Positions 19,660 through 29,307 of a DNA stretch of 51,040 nt are shown one piece after another (within the stretch, counting starts at the first letter, position 1; each line of letters opens with the position of its first letter). The DNA lies in contig RFHI01000259.1 in assembly GCA_003696425.1 (NCBI GenBank), forward strand, positions 1-51,040. Reading direction: 5' to 3'. The DNA comes from Candidatus Dadabacteria bacterium (lineage in GTDB: Bacteria; Bdellovibrionota_C; UBA2361; J046). The notes beneath the pieces are model-generated. The model saw only the letters and a list, made by a program, of their open reading frames with translations. It ran no database searches and was not told the DNA's origin. Both the position numbers and the translations under genes were made by a program.

Positions 19660-20940
19660 ATGTCCCATGACATTGTCTTAAACATTGATATTGATGAGGC
19701 ACTCGAAAGCGAACCGCTTAATACTGATTCTTCTTTGAGGAAGTTAATGTGGTTCTGTGTTGCTGTAGCGGTCGTAGTATTTTTTATTGCACTTGCTACA
19801 GACGATCCGCGTCATGTATGGGGAGCTTTTTATACCAACCTCGTATTTTTTATGGGCCTTGCTGCCGGGGGTGTAATGACCACTGCTATTTTTCAGATTG
19901 TGAGAGCTAAGTGGTCACCGCCGATCAGGCGCTTTGCCGAGGCTAATGTTGCATTTCTTCCCTGGGCTTTTCTTTTGTTTCTGGCAAGCTACGCCGGTAA
20001 AGAGTATCTTTTTAGCTGGGCTCAAAAACCTATGCCAGGTCGTGAATGGTGGATGCAGCCTTGTTTCGTGTATGCCCGTTTTTTTGTACTTTTTGGACTG
20101 CTTTATTATCTCTTTTACAGATTTGTGTGGACCTCTCTGCGAGGTGACATCGGCATGCTTAGGGAGCAGTCTAAAAACGCCTCGCGCTGGAAGGGTTTAA
20201 TATACAAATCTCTGGCCAAGGACTGGAAGGGTGCCGATGTTGAAGTGCCGGCTCTGCAGCGCAGAATGTCGTATTGTGCGCCAGTACTGGTTGTAATTTA
20301 CGCAGTTGTTTATACGCTCTTTTCCACAGAGATGCTGGCCGGGATGAATGAGGTCTGGTTCAGTAATATGATTGGGGGTTTCGAATTTCTCGGTAATATA
20401 TATATGGGGTGGGCTGTAACGGGCCTTTTTGCAATTTACTATGCCAGTCGTAATAGTGCTTATGAAAAAATTCTTGATAAGCAGCAGCTGTGGGATCTCG
20501 GTAAGCTATGTTTTGGGTTTTGTATGTTATGGGGCTATACTTTTTTTAGCCAGTTTTTACCGCAGTGGTATGGTAATATGCCGGAAGAGACTCAATGGTT
20601 AATTCTTAGAACCCGCGAATATCCCTGGAGAGAGTTTGGCTGGTTTACCTTCGCAATGTGCTTTGTAATTCCGTTTATACTGCTTGTCAGTGAAGACCTT
20701 AAGAAAAACCCCGTCACTTTTTCACTTGTAGCCTTTATTATCTGTATCGGTCTCTGGTGTGAAAAGTATATTATCATCATGCCTGAGCTTAGTGGTGCCA
20801 GTATACCCTTCTCATATGTTGAGGTGGCGCTATTCTTTGGTTTTTTGGGTGCTTATATTTTAAGTATCTCAGCTTTTCTTAGAACTTTCCCGTATGTGCC
20901 GCTGTCGCATCCGCTTACACGCGGAAGTACTGACTGGTAG
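19660..20940 (+). CDS. actF: Alternative complex III subunit F
   Basis: Polytopic NrfD-like protein with DLGKL, WGYTFFSQFLPQWYGNMPEET. Confidence 0.9.
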   Translation: MSHDIVLNIDIDEALESEPLNTDSSLRKLMWFCVAVAVVVFFIALATDDPRHVWGAFYTNLVFFMGLAAGGVMTTAIFQIVRAKWSPPIRRFAEANVAFLPWAFLLFLASYAGKEYLFSWAQKPMPGREWWMQPCFVYARFFVLFGLLYYLFYRFVWTSLRGDIGMLREQSKNASRWKGLIYKSLAKDWKGADVEVPALQRRMSYCAPVLVVIYAVVYTLFSTEMLAGMNEVWFSNMIGGFEFLGNIYMGWAVTGLFAIYYASRNSAYEKILDKQQLWDLGKLCFGFCMLWGYTFFSQFLPQWYGNMPEETQWLILRTREYPWREFGWFTFAMCFVIPFILLVSEDLKKNPVTFSLVAFIICIGLWCEKYIIIMPELSGASIPFSYVEVALFFGFLGAYILSISAFLRTFPYVPLSHPLTRGSTDW

Positions 20941-20965
20941 CTGCAAGCGAACTTGAGCTTGCAGC
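20940..20965 (+). terminator. Hairpin after actF
   Basis: GCTGCAAGC-8 nt-GCTTGCAGC at the stop codon; no clear U-tract. Confidence 0.4.
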
Positions 20966-20982
20966 CTTAGCTGTGTTATAGT
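20953..20982 (+). promoter_or_regulatory. Putative promoter of rpmF-plsX-fabG
   Basis: TTGAGC, 18-nt spacer, extended -10 TGtTATAGT. Confidence 0.4.
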
Positions 20983-21045
20983 GCCAAATCCGGTGTAAAA
21001 ATAAGCAGTAATACTAATTTTGTGTAATGGTTTCAGGTAATTAAA

Positions 21046-21234
21046 ATGGCTGTTCCAAAGAAGAAAACATCAAAATCAAAACGCAATATGCGCCGTTCAC
21101 ATGATGCTCTAAGGCAGCGCTATGCGATTATCTGCCCAAACTGTGGTGAACCGATGCAGCGCTACCACGTATGTACAAGTTGTGGCCAGTATCGTGGACG
21201 CCAGGTGCTTAAGGTTGCAGCGGAAGTTGAGTAA
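21046..21234 (+). CDS. rpmF: 50S ribosomal protein L32 (Zn-ribbon form)
   Basis: MAVPKKKTSKSKRNMRRSH; CPNC...CTSCGQY. Confidence 0.98.
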   Translation: MAVPKKKTSKSKRNMRRSHDALRQRYAIICPNCGEPMQRYHVCTSCGQYRGRQVLKVAAEVE

Positions 21235-21333
21235 ACCCGGTTGCCGCGGTCAGGATACCTGCAGTACCGACGGCAGTGTTTGCACGGTCGTGCATCTAAT
21301 TTCTAACTGGAAGGGGCTAGCGTATAAAACCCG

Positions 21334-22509
21334 ATGGTAATCAGCGAAGAGAATAGCCGTGAGACGCTCCCGGTGGCCGTGGATGTAATGGGCGCTGATC
21401 ACGGTCCTGAAGCTGTAATTGATGGAGCTATTTGCGCTTTCAATGAGCTTGGTATTCGTACGGTTCTTGTCGGAGACCAGGAGGTCATAAAAAAAAGGCT
21501 GCGGGCAAAGCAGCAGTCAGAGTCTGATTATATTATCCGGCACACGGATCAGTTTGTCGGGATGGACGAGAGTCCCTCGCTTGTGATTCGAGGGAAAAAT
21601 AAGGCCTCTGTCAGAGTAGCATTTGAGCTTTTAAAAGAGGGGCGTGCCTCCGCGGTTGTTAGCGCAGGCAATACAGGGGCAATGATGGCGGCCGGGGTGT
21701 TTGTATCGGGCACGCTTCCAGGGATAGTTCGTCCGGCGATTGCTACGCTTATTCCACGGGTAGGTCGTGATCAGCCGACTGTCTTTTTAGATAGTGGTGC
21801 TAATGTTGATACGCACGCCTTTCAGCTGGTGCAGTTTGCTCTAATGGGCAGTTTTTATGCCCACATGGCGTTTGGTGTTGATGCTCCCAGAGTTGCGCTA
21901 CTTTCAAATGGAACTGAAGCCAGTAAGGGAACAGATATGCTGCGTGCTGCCGCGCAGATGCTCGGTCAGATGAACAATCTTAATTTTGTTGGCTATGTCG
22001 AGGGCCGCGACATCCCCCGCGCTGTAGCTGACGTTATTGTATGTGATGGCTTTGTAGGGAACATTGTGCTTAAAACAATGGAGGGCAGTATAGAGCTTGT
22101 GCTTGATTCTATTCGGCATTATGTTGAAGGCTGCTTAAGAGGTAAGCTTGGTATGTGGCTTGCAAAGCCTGTTCTTAGATCCGTCTTTAATCACAAGCTT
22201 AATCCGGCAGCTTATGGAGGAGCGCCTTTATTAGGACTTAAGGATGCTGCAATTGTCTGTCACGGCTCTTCAAATAGCAGAGCTATAAGAAACGGTATCA
22301 GGGTGGCTGATAAGATGGTTAGAGAGAGCTTGCTGCCCAAGATGTCAGAGTCTCTTGGAGCTCTTGACCTTGATGTTGCCGGAGAGTATGAAAATGGTCT
22401 CTGGAACAGGATGGGGCAACGGCTTGAAAAAAACACCAAATTGAGCCGGGAAGAGCTTAAAAATAGTGTTGAATCAGTCGAGCAGACAGAGGCTACTGAT
22501 AACGAATAG
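21334..22509 (+). CDS. plsX: Phosphate acyltransferase PlsX
   Basis: AVDVMGADHGP, SAGNTGA, RPAIAT, DSGANVD, VCDGFVGN, YGGAPLLG, HGSS. Confidence 0.96.
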   Translation: MVISEENSRETLPVAVDVMGADHGPEAVIDGAICAFNELGIRTVLVGDQEVIKKRLRAKQQSESDYIIRHTDQFVGMDESPSLVIRGKNKASVRVAFELLKEGRASAVVSAGNTGAMMAAGVFVSGTLPGIVRPAIATLIPRVGRDQPTVFLDSGANVDTHAFQLVQFALMGSFYAHMAFGVDAPRVALLSNGTEASKGTDMLRAAAQMLGQMNNLNFVGYVEGRDIPRAVADVIVCDGFVGNIVLKTMEGSIELVLDSIRHYVEGCLRGKLGMWLAKPVLRSVFNHKLNPAAYGGAPLLGLKDAAIVCHGSSNSRAIRNGIRVADKMVRESLLPKMSESLGALDLDVAGEYENGLWNRMGQRLEKNTKLSREELKNSVESVEQTEATDNE

Positions 22510-22512
22510 GAT

Positions 22513-23262
22513 ATGAGCATGAGCAAAGATAAAAAAATGGCTCTTGTCACTGGCGGTTCGCGTGGAATCGGTAGAGCTGTTTGTATAGAGCTGGCCAGAG
22601 CAGGTTACCATGTGATCGTAAATTATGCCTCAAATTCTGCAGCGGCGGAAGAAACTGTAAGCAGCTGCGAGGAAGCTGGCGGTAGCGCAGAATATTGCGG
22701 TTTTGATGTATCAAATAGTGAAGAAGTGAGCCGGGCTTTTTCAGAACTAAAATCTGCACATGGCAGTCTGGCGGTGCTGGTCAATAATGCCGGCATAGCA
22801 AAAGACGGCTTACTTTTGCGTTTAAAAGATCAGGACTGGGATAGAACGCTTGATGTAAACTTAAAGGGAGCTTTTCTCTGTTCACGTGAGGCTGCTAAGC
22901 TGATGGTGAAAGCGCGTAATGGTAGTATTGTTAATATAAGCTCGGTTGTAGCCGAAATGGGAAATCCCGGCCAGGCTCCATACTGTGCTTCTAAGGCAGG
23001 TCTGATAGGTCTTACCCGCTCAATGGCCCGCGAGCTGGCATCGCGCGGGATAACTGTAAATGCGATTACTCCCGGATTTATAAAGACAGATATGACTGAC
23101 GCACTGGGTGAGTCCTTAAAAGAAGAGCATCTTAAAGCCATACCGCTGGGCCGTTATGGCGAGCCCCGGGAAGTTGCTTCGCTGGTGCGATTTCTGTGCA
23201 GCGGGGATGCTCGTTATATTACCGGTCAGGTGATTGGTATAAACGGTGGGATGTATATGTAA
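22513..23262 (+). CDS. fabG: 3-oxoacyl-ACP reductase
   Basis: TGGSRGIG, NNAG, YCASK, GQVIGINGGMYM; follows plsX. Confidence 0.96.
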   Translation: MSMSKDKKMALVTGGSRGIGRAVCIELARAGYHVIVNYASNSAAAEETVSSCEEAGGSAEYCGFDVSNSEEVSRAFSELKSAHGSLAVLVNNAGIAKDGLLLRLKDQDWDRTLDVNLKGAFLCSREAAKLMVKARNGSIVNISSVVAEMGNPGQAPYCASKAGLIGLTRSMARELASRGITVNAITPGFIKTDMTDALGESLKEEHLKAIPLGRYGEPREVASLVRFLCSGDARYITGQVIGINGGMYM

Positions 23263-23695
23263 ATAGCCGGTAAGGACTTATATACCCAACTTAAGAGTTG
23301 TAAAGAATAAAAGCCGTAACGTGGCCGCCTGCGTGAACGCTTTGTGTTTATGACAACGTTGACCTTACTTCCCCCTATTGCTCTTCCGCAAACACACTCC
23401 AGGGTATTTTGCAGCGGGTGACTGTATCAGCTTTAGTGAGGAATTTGCGCAAACATAATTAAAAAACACTAATAATATTAAGTGGTTAAATCTGCCTTTT
23501 CTCACTTGTATTTCCAACATAACTCATTTAGGCTTTTAGCTTATGAACTTTCGGGCATCTTTGAATGCTTGACTATTTTACCTGTTAGTCTATAAAGAAA
23601 GTTCTGTCTGAATTGGAAGGTGCTTTTAGTACTGACATTTGTATCGGTGCACCGTCCAGTTTGTGCGTAACATTTTTAATTTTGGAGAGGCAAGA

Positions 23696-23938
23696 ATGTC
23701 GTCGGGTGAGGAAATTGCAGAGCGTGTAAAAAGCATTATTGTTGAACAGCTTGGTGTCAGTATGGAAGATGTTAAGCCCGAAGCCTCGTTTATTGAAGAT
23801 CTGGGAGCCGATTCGCTTGACATCGTAGAGCTTATAATGGCCCTTGAGGAGGAATACGATGTAGAGATTCCCGACGAGGATGCCGAAAAAATTCAAACTG
23901 TACAAGACGTTATAACCTACGTGCAGAGTCGTCAGTAA
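23696..23938 (+). CDS. acpP: Acyl carrier protein
   Basis: [12 protein letters not shown]; GGAGAGG RBS before ATG 23696. Confidence 0.98.
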   Translation: MSSGEEIAERVKSIIVEQLGVSMEDVKPEASFIEDLGADSLDIVELIMALEEEYDVEIPDEDAEKIQTVQDVITYVQSRQ

Positions 23939-24104
23939 ACTGGCATATCCTTGAAGAAAGTTTACAGAAGTTGCGACCCACAGGGACGACAGATCCAAAT
24001 CGAGAGTTTTAAAGAAAAAATTCGTGGACGTAGATGTTCACGTAAAGGTAATCGACTCTATAGGTCGGGAACCGGTTGTATTATTGGTTTTCCTGAATTT
24101 ATAG

Positions 24105-24160
24105 CCTCTCTAAGGCACATATAAGGGTTCTTTTAACCCGTGTTCCGAGGGGGATTTTTT
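24105..24160 (+). terminator. Interrupted hairpin plus U-tract, putative terminator downstream of acpP
   Basis: CCTCTC/GAGGGG, GGCAC/GTGTT and GGGTT/AACCC stems followed by TTTTTT. Confidence 0.5.
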
Positions 24161-24169
24161 GCGTTCTAA

Positions 24170-24198
24170 GAGACATCTGGCACAATCTGTAGTATAAT
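24170..24198 (+). promoter_or_regulatory. Putative nrdR-rib promoter overlapped by an NrdR-box-like palindrome
   Basis: GAGACA-17 nt-TATAAT; GCACAATCTGTAGTAT (24180-24195) matches ACACWATATATWGTGT at 12 of 16 positions. Confidence 0.5.
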
Positions 24199-24242
24199 CA
24201 CTTAACTCTAATTTTGGCTAAGTTATCTTTCAGGCGGCTGGC

Positions 24243-24749
24243 ATGCAGTGTCCTAAATGTGGATGTGAACGCTCTTCGGTTGTAGACTCACGTGGCGATG
24301 GCCAGGCCATTCGCAGGCGCAGAGAGTGCCAGGAGTGTAGTTTTAGGTTCACTACCTATGAGCGAATTGAGCGTCAGCTACCTATGGTAATTAAAAAGGA
24401 TGGCCGTCGTGAACAGTATGATCGCGAGAAATTAAAACGCGGGATTATGAAAGCCTGTCAGAAGCGGCCTGTAAGTATTGAAGAAATTGACCGGCGTGTT
24501 GATTTGATTGAAAAGGATCTACAGGACCTCTGTGAGAAGGAAATCCCCAGCAGACAAATTGGGGATTTTATCATGTCGGAGTTAAAAAAGATTGATCAGA
24601 TAGCATATGTTCGATTTGCTTCGGTCTATAGGGAGTTTTCTGACGTTAACCAGTTCGTTGATACACTTAAAAGTCTGGATGATGATAATACTTCGGTCGA
24701 TTCCCCAGAGGTGCATAAAATAGCAAATCACGATTCTTTGAATAAATAG
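24243..24749 (+). CDS. nrdR: Transcriptional repressor NrdR
   Basis: CPKC...VVDSR...[10 protein letters not shown] zinc ribbon, RFTTYER, ATP cone, [10 protein letters not shown]. Confidence 0.98.
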   Translation: MQCPKCGCERSSVVDSRGDGQAIRRRRECQECSFRFTTYERIERQLPMVIKKDGRREQYDREKLKRGIMKACQKRPVSIEEIDRRVDLIEKDLQDLCEKEIPSRQIGDFIMSELKKIDQIAYVRFASVYREFSDVNQFVDTLKSLDDDNTSVDSPEVHKIANHDSLNK

Positions 24750-24757
24750 CAGCTATT

Positions 24758-25369
24758 ATGTTTTCAGGAATAATAGAAACAACTGGAACGATCGTTTTGA
24801 TTGATAGAGATCGCAAGCCAGTATTAGCTCGAGTAGATACCGGCCTTGATCTTAGAGAGACAAATATCGGCGACTCTGTTGCAGTCAATGGGGTATGCCT
24901 TACGGTAGTAGGACTTGATGGCAGCTGTGCTGATTTTGAGCTTGCCGAAGAGACATTAAGACGGACTACCTTTAAGGACGCTGAAACTGGAGATCTGGTT
25001 AATATTGAACGATCTCTTGTTGTTGGGGAACGCCTTCACGGGCATTTTGTGTTTGGACACGTCGATACTACGGTGAGGCTGCTCGAAATAAAAAATGAGG
25101 AGGCCAGCGAACGTTTTAAATTTGAACTGCCCTCAAGATTCAGGAAGTTTATCGCTGAAAAGGGGAGCGTTGCATTAAATGGTGTGTCACTGACAGTCGG
25201 TGAAGTTGAGGGAAGCAGCTTTAATGTCTATATCATTCCACATACTCTTGAAGTTACAATGTTTTCAGGCCTTCAAGAAGGAGATCTTGTGAACCTGGAA
25301 GTAGATATGCTCTCCCGATATGTTGTTAGCTTTTTAAATAATTGCTCTCTTTCAGGATCAGTATTGTGA
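24758..25369 (+). CDS. ribE: Riboflavin synthase
   Basis: MFSGII, GDSVAVNGVCLTV, GHFVFGHVD, KGSVALNGVSLTV, IIPHT. Confidence 0.96.
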   Translation: MFSGIIETTGTIVLIDRDRKPVLARVDTGLDLRETNIGDSVAVNGVCLTVVGLDGSCADFELAEETLRRTTFKDAETGDLVNIERSLVVGERLHGHFVFGHVDTTVRLLEIKNEEASERFKFELPSRFRKFIAEKGSVALNGVSLTVGEVEGSSFNVYIIPHTLEVTMFSGLQEGDLVNLEVDMLSRYVVSFLNNCSLSGSVL

Positions 25370-26568
25370 AAGACATTAAACTCTCAGATTTTAAGGAAGT
25401 ACTGAAGGCTTTTTCCTCAGGTAAGCCGGTTATCATAGTTGATGATGCTGATCGTGAAAATGAAGGTGATCTGGCGGTTGCATCATCAAAGGTTAATGCA
25501 GAGAATATAAATTTCATGCTGCAGCACGGCCGTGGCCTGGTATGTGTAACACTGACCTCCGAGCGGGCCGGGCAGCTGGGTATCCCACTGCAGGTACTGA
25601 ACAATAATTCTCCTTTTAATACTCAGTTTGCTGTTACTGTCGACTGGCAGGGTGTAAGGGACAATGGTGTAACAGCAGCTGGTCGTGCCCGAACTATAAT
25701 GCATATGCTTGATCCACGAGCCGCACCCGGTGATTTTATTTCACCGGGTAGTGTGGTTCCACTTATAGCTCATCCATCAGGAGTGCTGGGCAGACAGGGA
25801 CAGACAGAGGGGGCCACTGACCTGGCGCGGCTTGCAGGCCTTCCGGCTTCCGGAGTTATCTGTGAAATATTAAACCCTGATGGCAGTATGATGCGTGGCA
25901 AAGCTCTCGCTGAGTATGCTTACAAACACGAGCTGCCTGTTACGAGTGTAGCTGAAATTATTAAGTACAGGATACAACACGAAGTATTTGTTCGTGATGT
26001 AGCAGTTTCAAACCTTTCGACCAAGTTTGGAGTTTTTCAGGTGCATGTTTTTGAGGACGATGTTGCCCGTAAGGAGCATCTGGCGCTGATCTATGGAGTG
26101 CCGCCGATAGACTCTGCTGTACTGGTGCGGCTTCACTCTGAATGTCTGACGGGTGATGTCTTCGGCAGCAGACGCTGTGATTGCGGTCCCCAGCTTGAGA
26201 TGGCTTTAGAGGCAATTGTGAAAAATGGCAGCGGGATACTTCTCTACCTGCGTCAGGAGGGGCGAGGGATTGGGCTCAGTAACAAGCTTAAGGCCTATAA
26301 ATTACAGGATCAGGGACATGATACCGTTGATGCCAACATAGTGCTTGGCTTTTTACCCGACCAACGGGATTTTGTAGTAGCAGCGCGTATGCTGCAGAGT
26401 CTGGGAATTGAAGAGATTAATCTTTTAACCAATAATCCGCGTAAAGTTAAGGAGCTTGAACAGTCGGGCATTAAGGTTGAAAAGAGGGTGCCGCTTAGAG
26501 TTAAACCAACTCCCGATTCAGCTGCGTATCTCAGAACCAAGCGCGACAAGCTGGGGCATATACTTTAA
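25366..26568 (+). CDS. ribBA: Bifunctional DHBP synthase / GTP cyclohydrolase II
   Basis: DRENEGD, VICEI, RLHSECLTGDVFGSRRCDCG, RQEGRGIG, TNNP. GTG 25366 overlaps the ribE stop. Confidence 0.96.
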   Translation: MKDIKLSDFKEVLKAFSSGKPVIIVDDADRENEGDLAVASSKVNAENINFMLQHGRGLVCVTLTSERAGQLGIPLQVLNNNSPFNTQFAVTVDWQGVRDNGVTAAGRARTIMHMLDPRAAPGDFISPGSVVPLIAHPSGVLGRQGQTEGATDLARLAGLPASGVICEILNPDGSMMRGKALAEYAYKHELPVTSVAEIIKYRIQHEVFVRDVAVSNLSTKFGVFQVHVFEDDVARKEHLALIYGVPPIDSAVLVRLHSECLTGDVFGSRRCDCGPQLEMALEAIVKNGSGILLYLRQEGRGIGLSNKLKAYKLQDQGHDTVDANIVLGFLPDQRDFVVAARMLQSLGIEEINLLTNNPRKVKELEQSGIKVEKRVPLRVKPTPDSAAYLRTKRDKLGHIL

Positions 26569-26793
26569 TGAGCTGATCGTCTAAAAGCAAGTCAGGATTT
26601 ACGAGTTCTTCCCCGGACACAGGAAATCAACTATATATTATTATTTCAAATAGGTGCTATCGACCTACGAGGGACCATTCTGCAGCTTTCCTGAGTTGTC
26701 GGGCATCTAATCATTAGATAAGTTACCCGGGATAGGTTGTAAAGAAGTTTCTAGATGCCGAAAATCATTATTTAATCTTTGCGGACGGGGTGT

Positions 26794-27546
26794 ATGGGAC
26801 CTGATATAAAATATTTAGATCGGGAGGATAACAGTCTCAGGCCCAGCTGGAGCGTTAACCCGGGATATGTAAACGACTTGCATCGTGAGATTTATGCCCG
26901 CACTGATCATATCCCTGGCTGGCAGATGGAGGGCGATACATACAAACTGTTTGAGATGGGGTATTTTTGTGGTGATGTTATCCTTGAAATAGGCATATAT
27001 GCAGGTCGCTCGGCGTCAGTGGCTCTTCACGGTGCTCTGAGTAACCCTGGACGGAAAGCAGCTCCTCAGTATTTTGGAGTCGACATTGATCCAAATGCAA
27101 TTAAAAAAACCAGAGAAACGCTGACCCGGCAGGGGCTTATTGAATATGCCATGATTCTGTGGGGCGGTATTGAAATGGTTACTGAATTAATTGATATAAC
27201 TCCCACAATGGTTTTTGTCGATGGAGATCATTCCTATGAGGGTTGTAAAAAGGATCTTTACACACTTAATGAGCTGCTTTCAGCAAATACTCCGGTGCTC
27301 TGTCACGATTGGAAAAACAAACAAAATCAAACTGGAGAATACGGAGTATTGCAGGCATGTAATGAATGGGAACAGGATGGATATGCACATTTTGCTGGAG
27401 TTTTTGGCTGTTCGGCACTATATATTACCTCAGATAAGTGTAATAAAGTCCGCGGTGCTCTTACAGCCCGCCGCTTTCGTCAGTTAAGAGATGCTGTCAG
27501 TGAAAATATAGATGAAGCTATTAAAGAGACGCTTCAGCAGAACTGA
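26794..27546 (+). CDS. Class I SAM-dependent methyltransferase (Methyltransf_24-like)
   Basis: LEIGIYAGRS, GVDID, VFVDGDHSYEG...D, LCHD. Start ATG 26794 or TTG 26779. Confidence 0.8.
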   Translation: MGPDIKYLDREDNSLRPSWSVNPGYVNDLHREIYARTDHIPGWQMEGDTYKLFEMGYFCGDVILEIGIYAGRSASVALHGALSNPGRKAAPQYFGVDIDPNAIKKTRETLTRQGLIEYAMILWGGIEMVTELIDITPTMVFVDGDHSYEGCKKDLYTLNELLSANTPVLCHDWKNKQNQTGEYGVLQACNEWEQDGYAHFAGVFGCSALYITSDKCNKVRGALTARRFRQLRDAVSENIDEAIKETLQQN

Positions 27547-29033
27547 CTCATCAAATACTCAAGATCCAGTTCAGGATAAACCGGGTAACGACGTAAAAGC
27601 TCGCCAGTTCTGGCTCTGGCCTCCGCTTTTACTTTATCATCGATCTGATATTTAGACTTGCCAGGCTTGCCGCTTTTAAGGACAGCAGGTTGTGTTGCCG
27701 TTAAAACTAATTTAATAATGGCAGCAATTTCCGGCATTTCCCCAGTGCTCATGCCAAGGGTGGTAAGAGCAGGCGTCCCCAGCCTTAGGCCGCTGGTATA
27801 CCAGGCGCCGTTGGGGTCGAAAGGAATGGAGTTGCGGTTCAGCGTGATTCCACATTCACGCAGAGCCTCTTCCGCCTGTCTGCCGGTAATTCCAAAATTT
27901 GTTACATCAATCAATACAATGTGATTATCCGTGCCACCAGTTAGTACCTGCATTCCTTCATCAATACAGGCTTTAGCAAGTGCTTTGGCATTTAACACAA
28001 TTTTTCCGGCATAGTCCTTAAAATCTTCACTTAAAGCTTCACTGAATGCCACTGCTTTTGCAGCCAGTACATGTGGAAGTGGACCGCCTATGACAAGCGG
28101 ACAGCCCTTATCTACCTGTTCGGCAAATTCTTTACGACACAGAATCAGGCCGCCGCGGGGGCCGCGCAGGGTTTTGTGAGTAGTACTGGTAACAACATCA
28201 GCAAATTCAACCGGATTATTATCACCACTAAACACTTTTCCGGCTACCAGGCCCGCAAAATGAGCCATATCAACCATAAGAACAGCACCTGCTTTATCAG
28301 CAATCTCTCTTAATCGCCTAAAATCAAGTGCACGCGGGTAGGCGCTGTAGCCAGCCAGGAGAATAAGAGGCTTTAATTCAAGTGCCTGGGCTTCTATCTG
28401 GTCGTAGTCAAGAAGTCCTGTTTCTTTAGAAACAGTATACGAATGTGCTTCAAACATCTGTGCGGAAACATTGTAGCGGTAGCCGTGAGTAAGGTGTCCT
28501 CCTGAAGCATAGTCGTGGCCCAAAAGTTTTTGGCTTCCGAGTGCCGATCTGAATTCTGCCCACTGTGCGTCAGAAAGATCTGTAAGCTTGGTCTGGCCAA
28601 ACTTTTCCAGAAGCTTTGAACCAACGCGCGTGTGCAATATAGCCCAAAACGCTATCATATTTGCGTCAGCACCACTATGAGGCTGCACATATGCATGCTC
28701 AGCTCCGAACAGTTCACAGGCACGCTTGCAGGCAAAAGATTCAATCTCGTCTACATTTTGGCAGCCTGCATAAAAGCGATGATAAGGAAATCCTTCGGCA
28801 TATTTATCTGTTAGCAGGTTCCCCATGGCAAGCTGGGTAGCAGGGGAAGAGTAGTTTTCACTGGCAATCAATTTCAGGTTATTCCTCTGGTCTCCAAGCT
28901 CTCTTACAATACTGGCTGCAACGGCCGGAGCCCGCTCAGCGATTAATGAAAGACTGCTGAGATAAGCCAGCATTGCAGGATTAATATTACTCTCTTGTTT
29001 CGCAAGATATTCTCTAATGGCTGAATAGTTCAT
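27534..29033 (-). CDS. glyA: Serine hydroxymethyltransferase, long (499 aa) type
   Basis: LIASENYS, KYAEG, QPHSGA, GGHLTHG, DMAHFAGLVAG, TTHKTLRGPRGG, GGTDNH, SGLRLGT. Confidence 0.96.
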   Translation of the reverse strand: MNYSAIREYLAKQESNINPAMLAYLSSLSLIAERAPAVAASIVRELGDQRNNLKLIASENYSSPATQLAMGNLLTDKYAEGFPYHRFYAGCQNVDEIESFACKRACELFGAEHAYVQPHSGADANMIAFWAILHTRVGSKLLEKFGQTKLTDLSDAQWAEFRSALGSQKLLGHDYASGGHLTHGYRYNVSAQMFEAHSYTVSKETGLLDYDQIEAQALELKPLILLAGYSAYPRALDFRRLREIADKAGAVLMVDMAHFAGLVAGKVFSGDNNPVEFADVVTSTTHKTLRGPRGGLILCRKEFAEQVDKGCPLVIGGPLPHVLAAKAVAFSEALSEDFKDYAGKIVLNAKALAKACIDEGMQVLTGGTDNHIVLIDVTNFGITGRQAEEALRECGITLNRNSIPFDPNGAWYTSGLRLGTPALTTLGMSTGEMPEIAAIIKLVLTATQPAVLKSGKPGKSKYQIDDKVKAEARARTGELLRRYPVYPELDLEYLMSQFC

Positions 29034-29307
29034 AAGATAATCCCCAGAAAATTTTTTCAGCAGGCCGGTTTTGTCATCAGCAAAGTAGCACGATCAATTA
29101 TAGCCATACAATATGAGCGGCGCTGTTCTAAGGGACTGTAATCAAGAGAGTTTTTAAGTTACTTTAGCCTCTTAAGGTGTTGAAATTAATAATCATGTGG
29201 GTTATTTATAAGTTGGCCGGTTACCTTACTGGTTCGGGTAGCATAACACTTAGTGAAGAATTTTTAGGCGGGTAGAGAAACACTGTTGAATGCTGGTCTT
29301 TTAGTTT

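Noticed and set aside
24199-24242. FMN riboswitch upstream of the rib genes (TATCTTTCAGG)
   Set aside because: The conserved GGGUGAAAUUCCC core is absent and there is no room for the ~140-nt element.
25790-25812. GQTE in place of GHTE in DHBP synthase as a sign of inactivation
   Set aside because: Other catalytic motifs are intact, and I recall GQTE as a natural variant.
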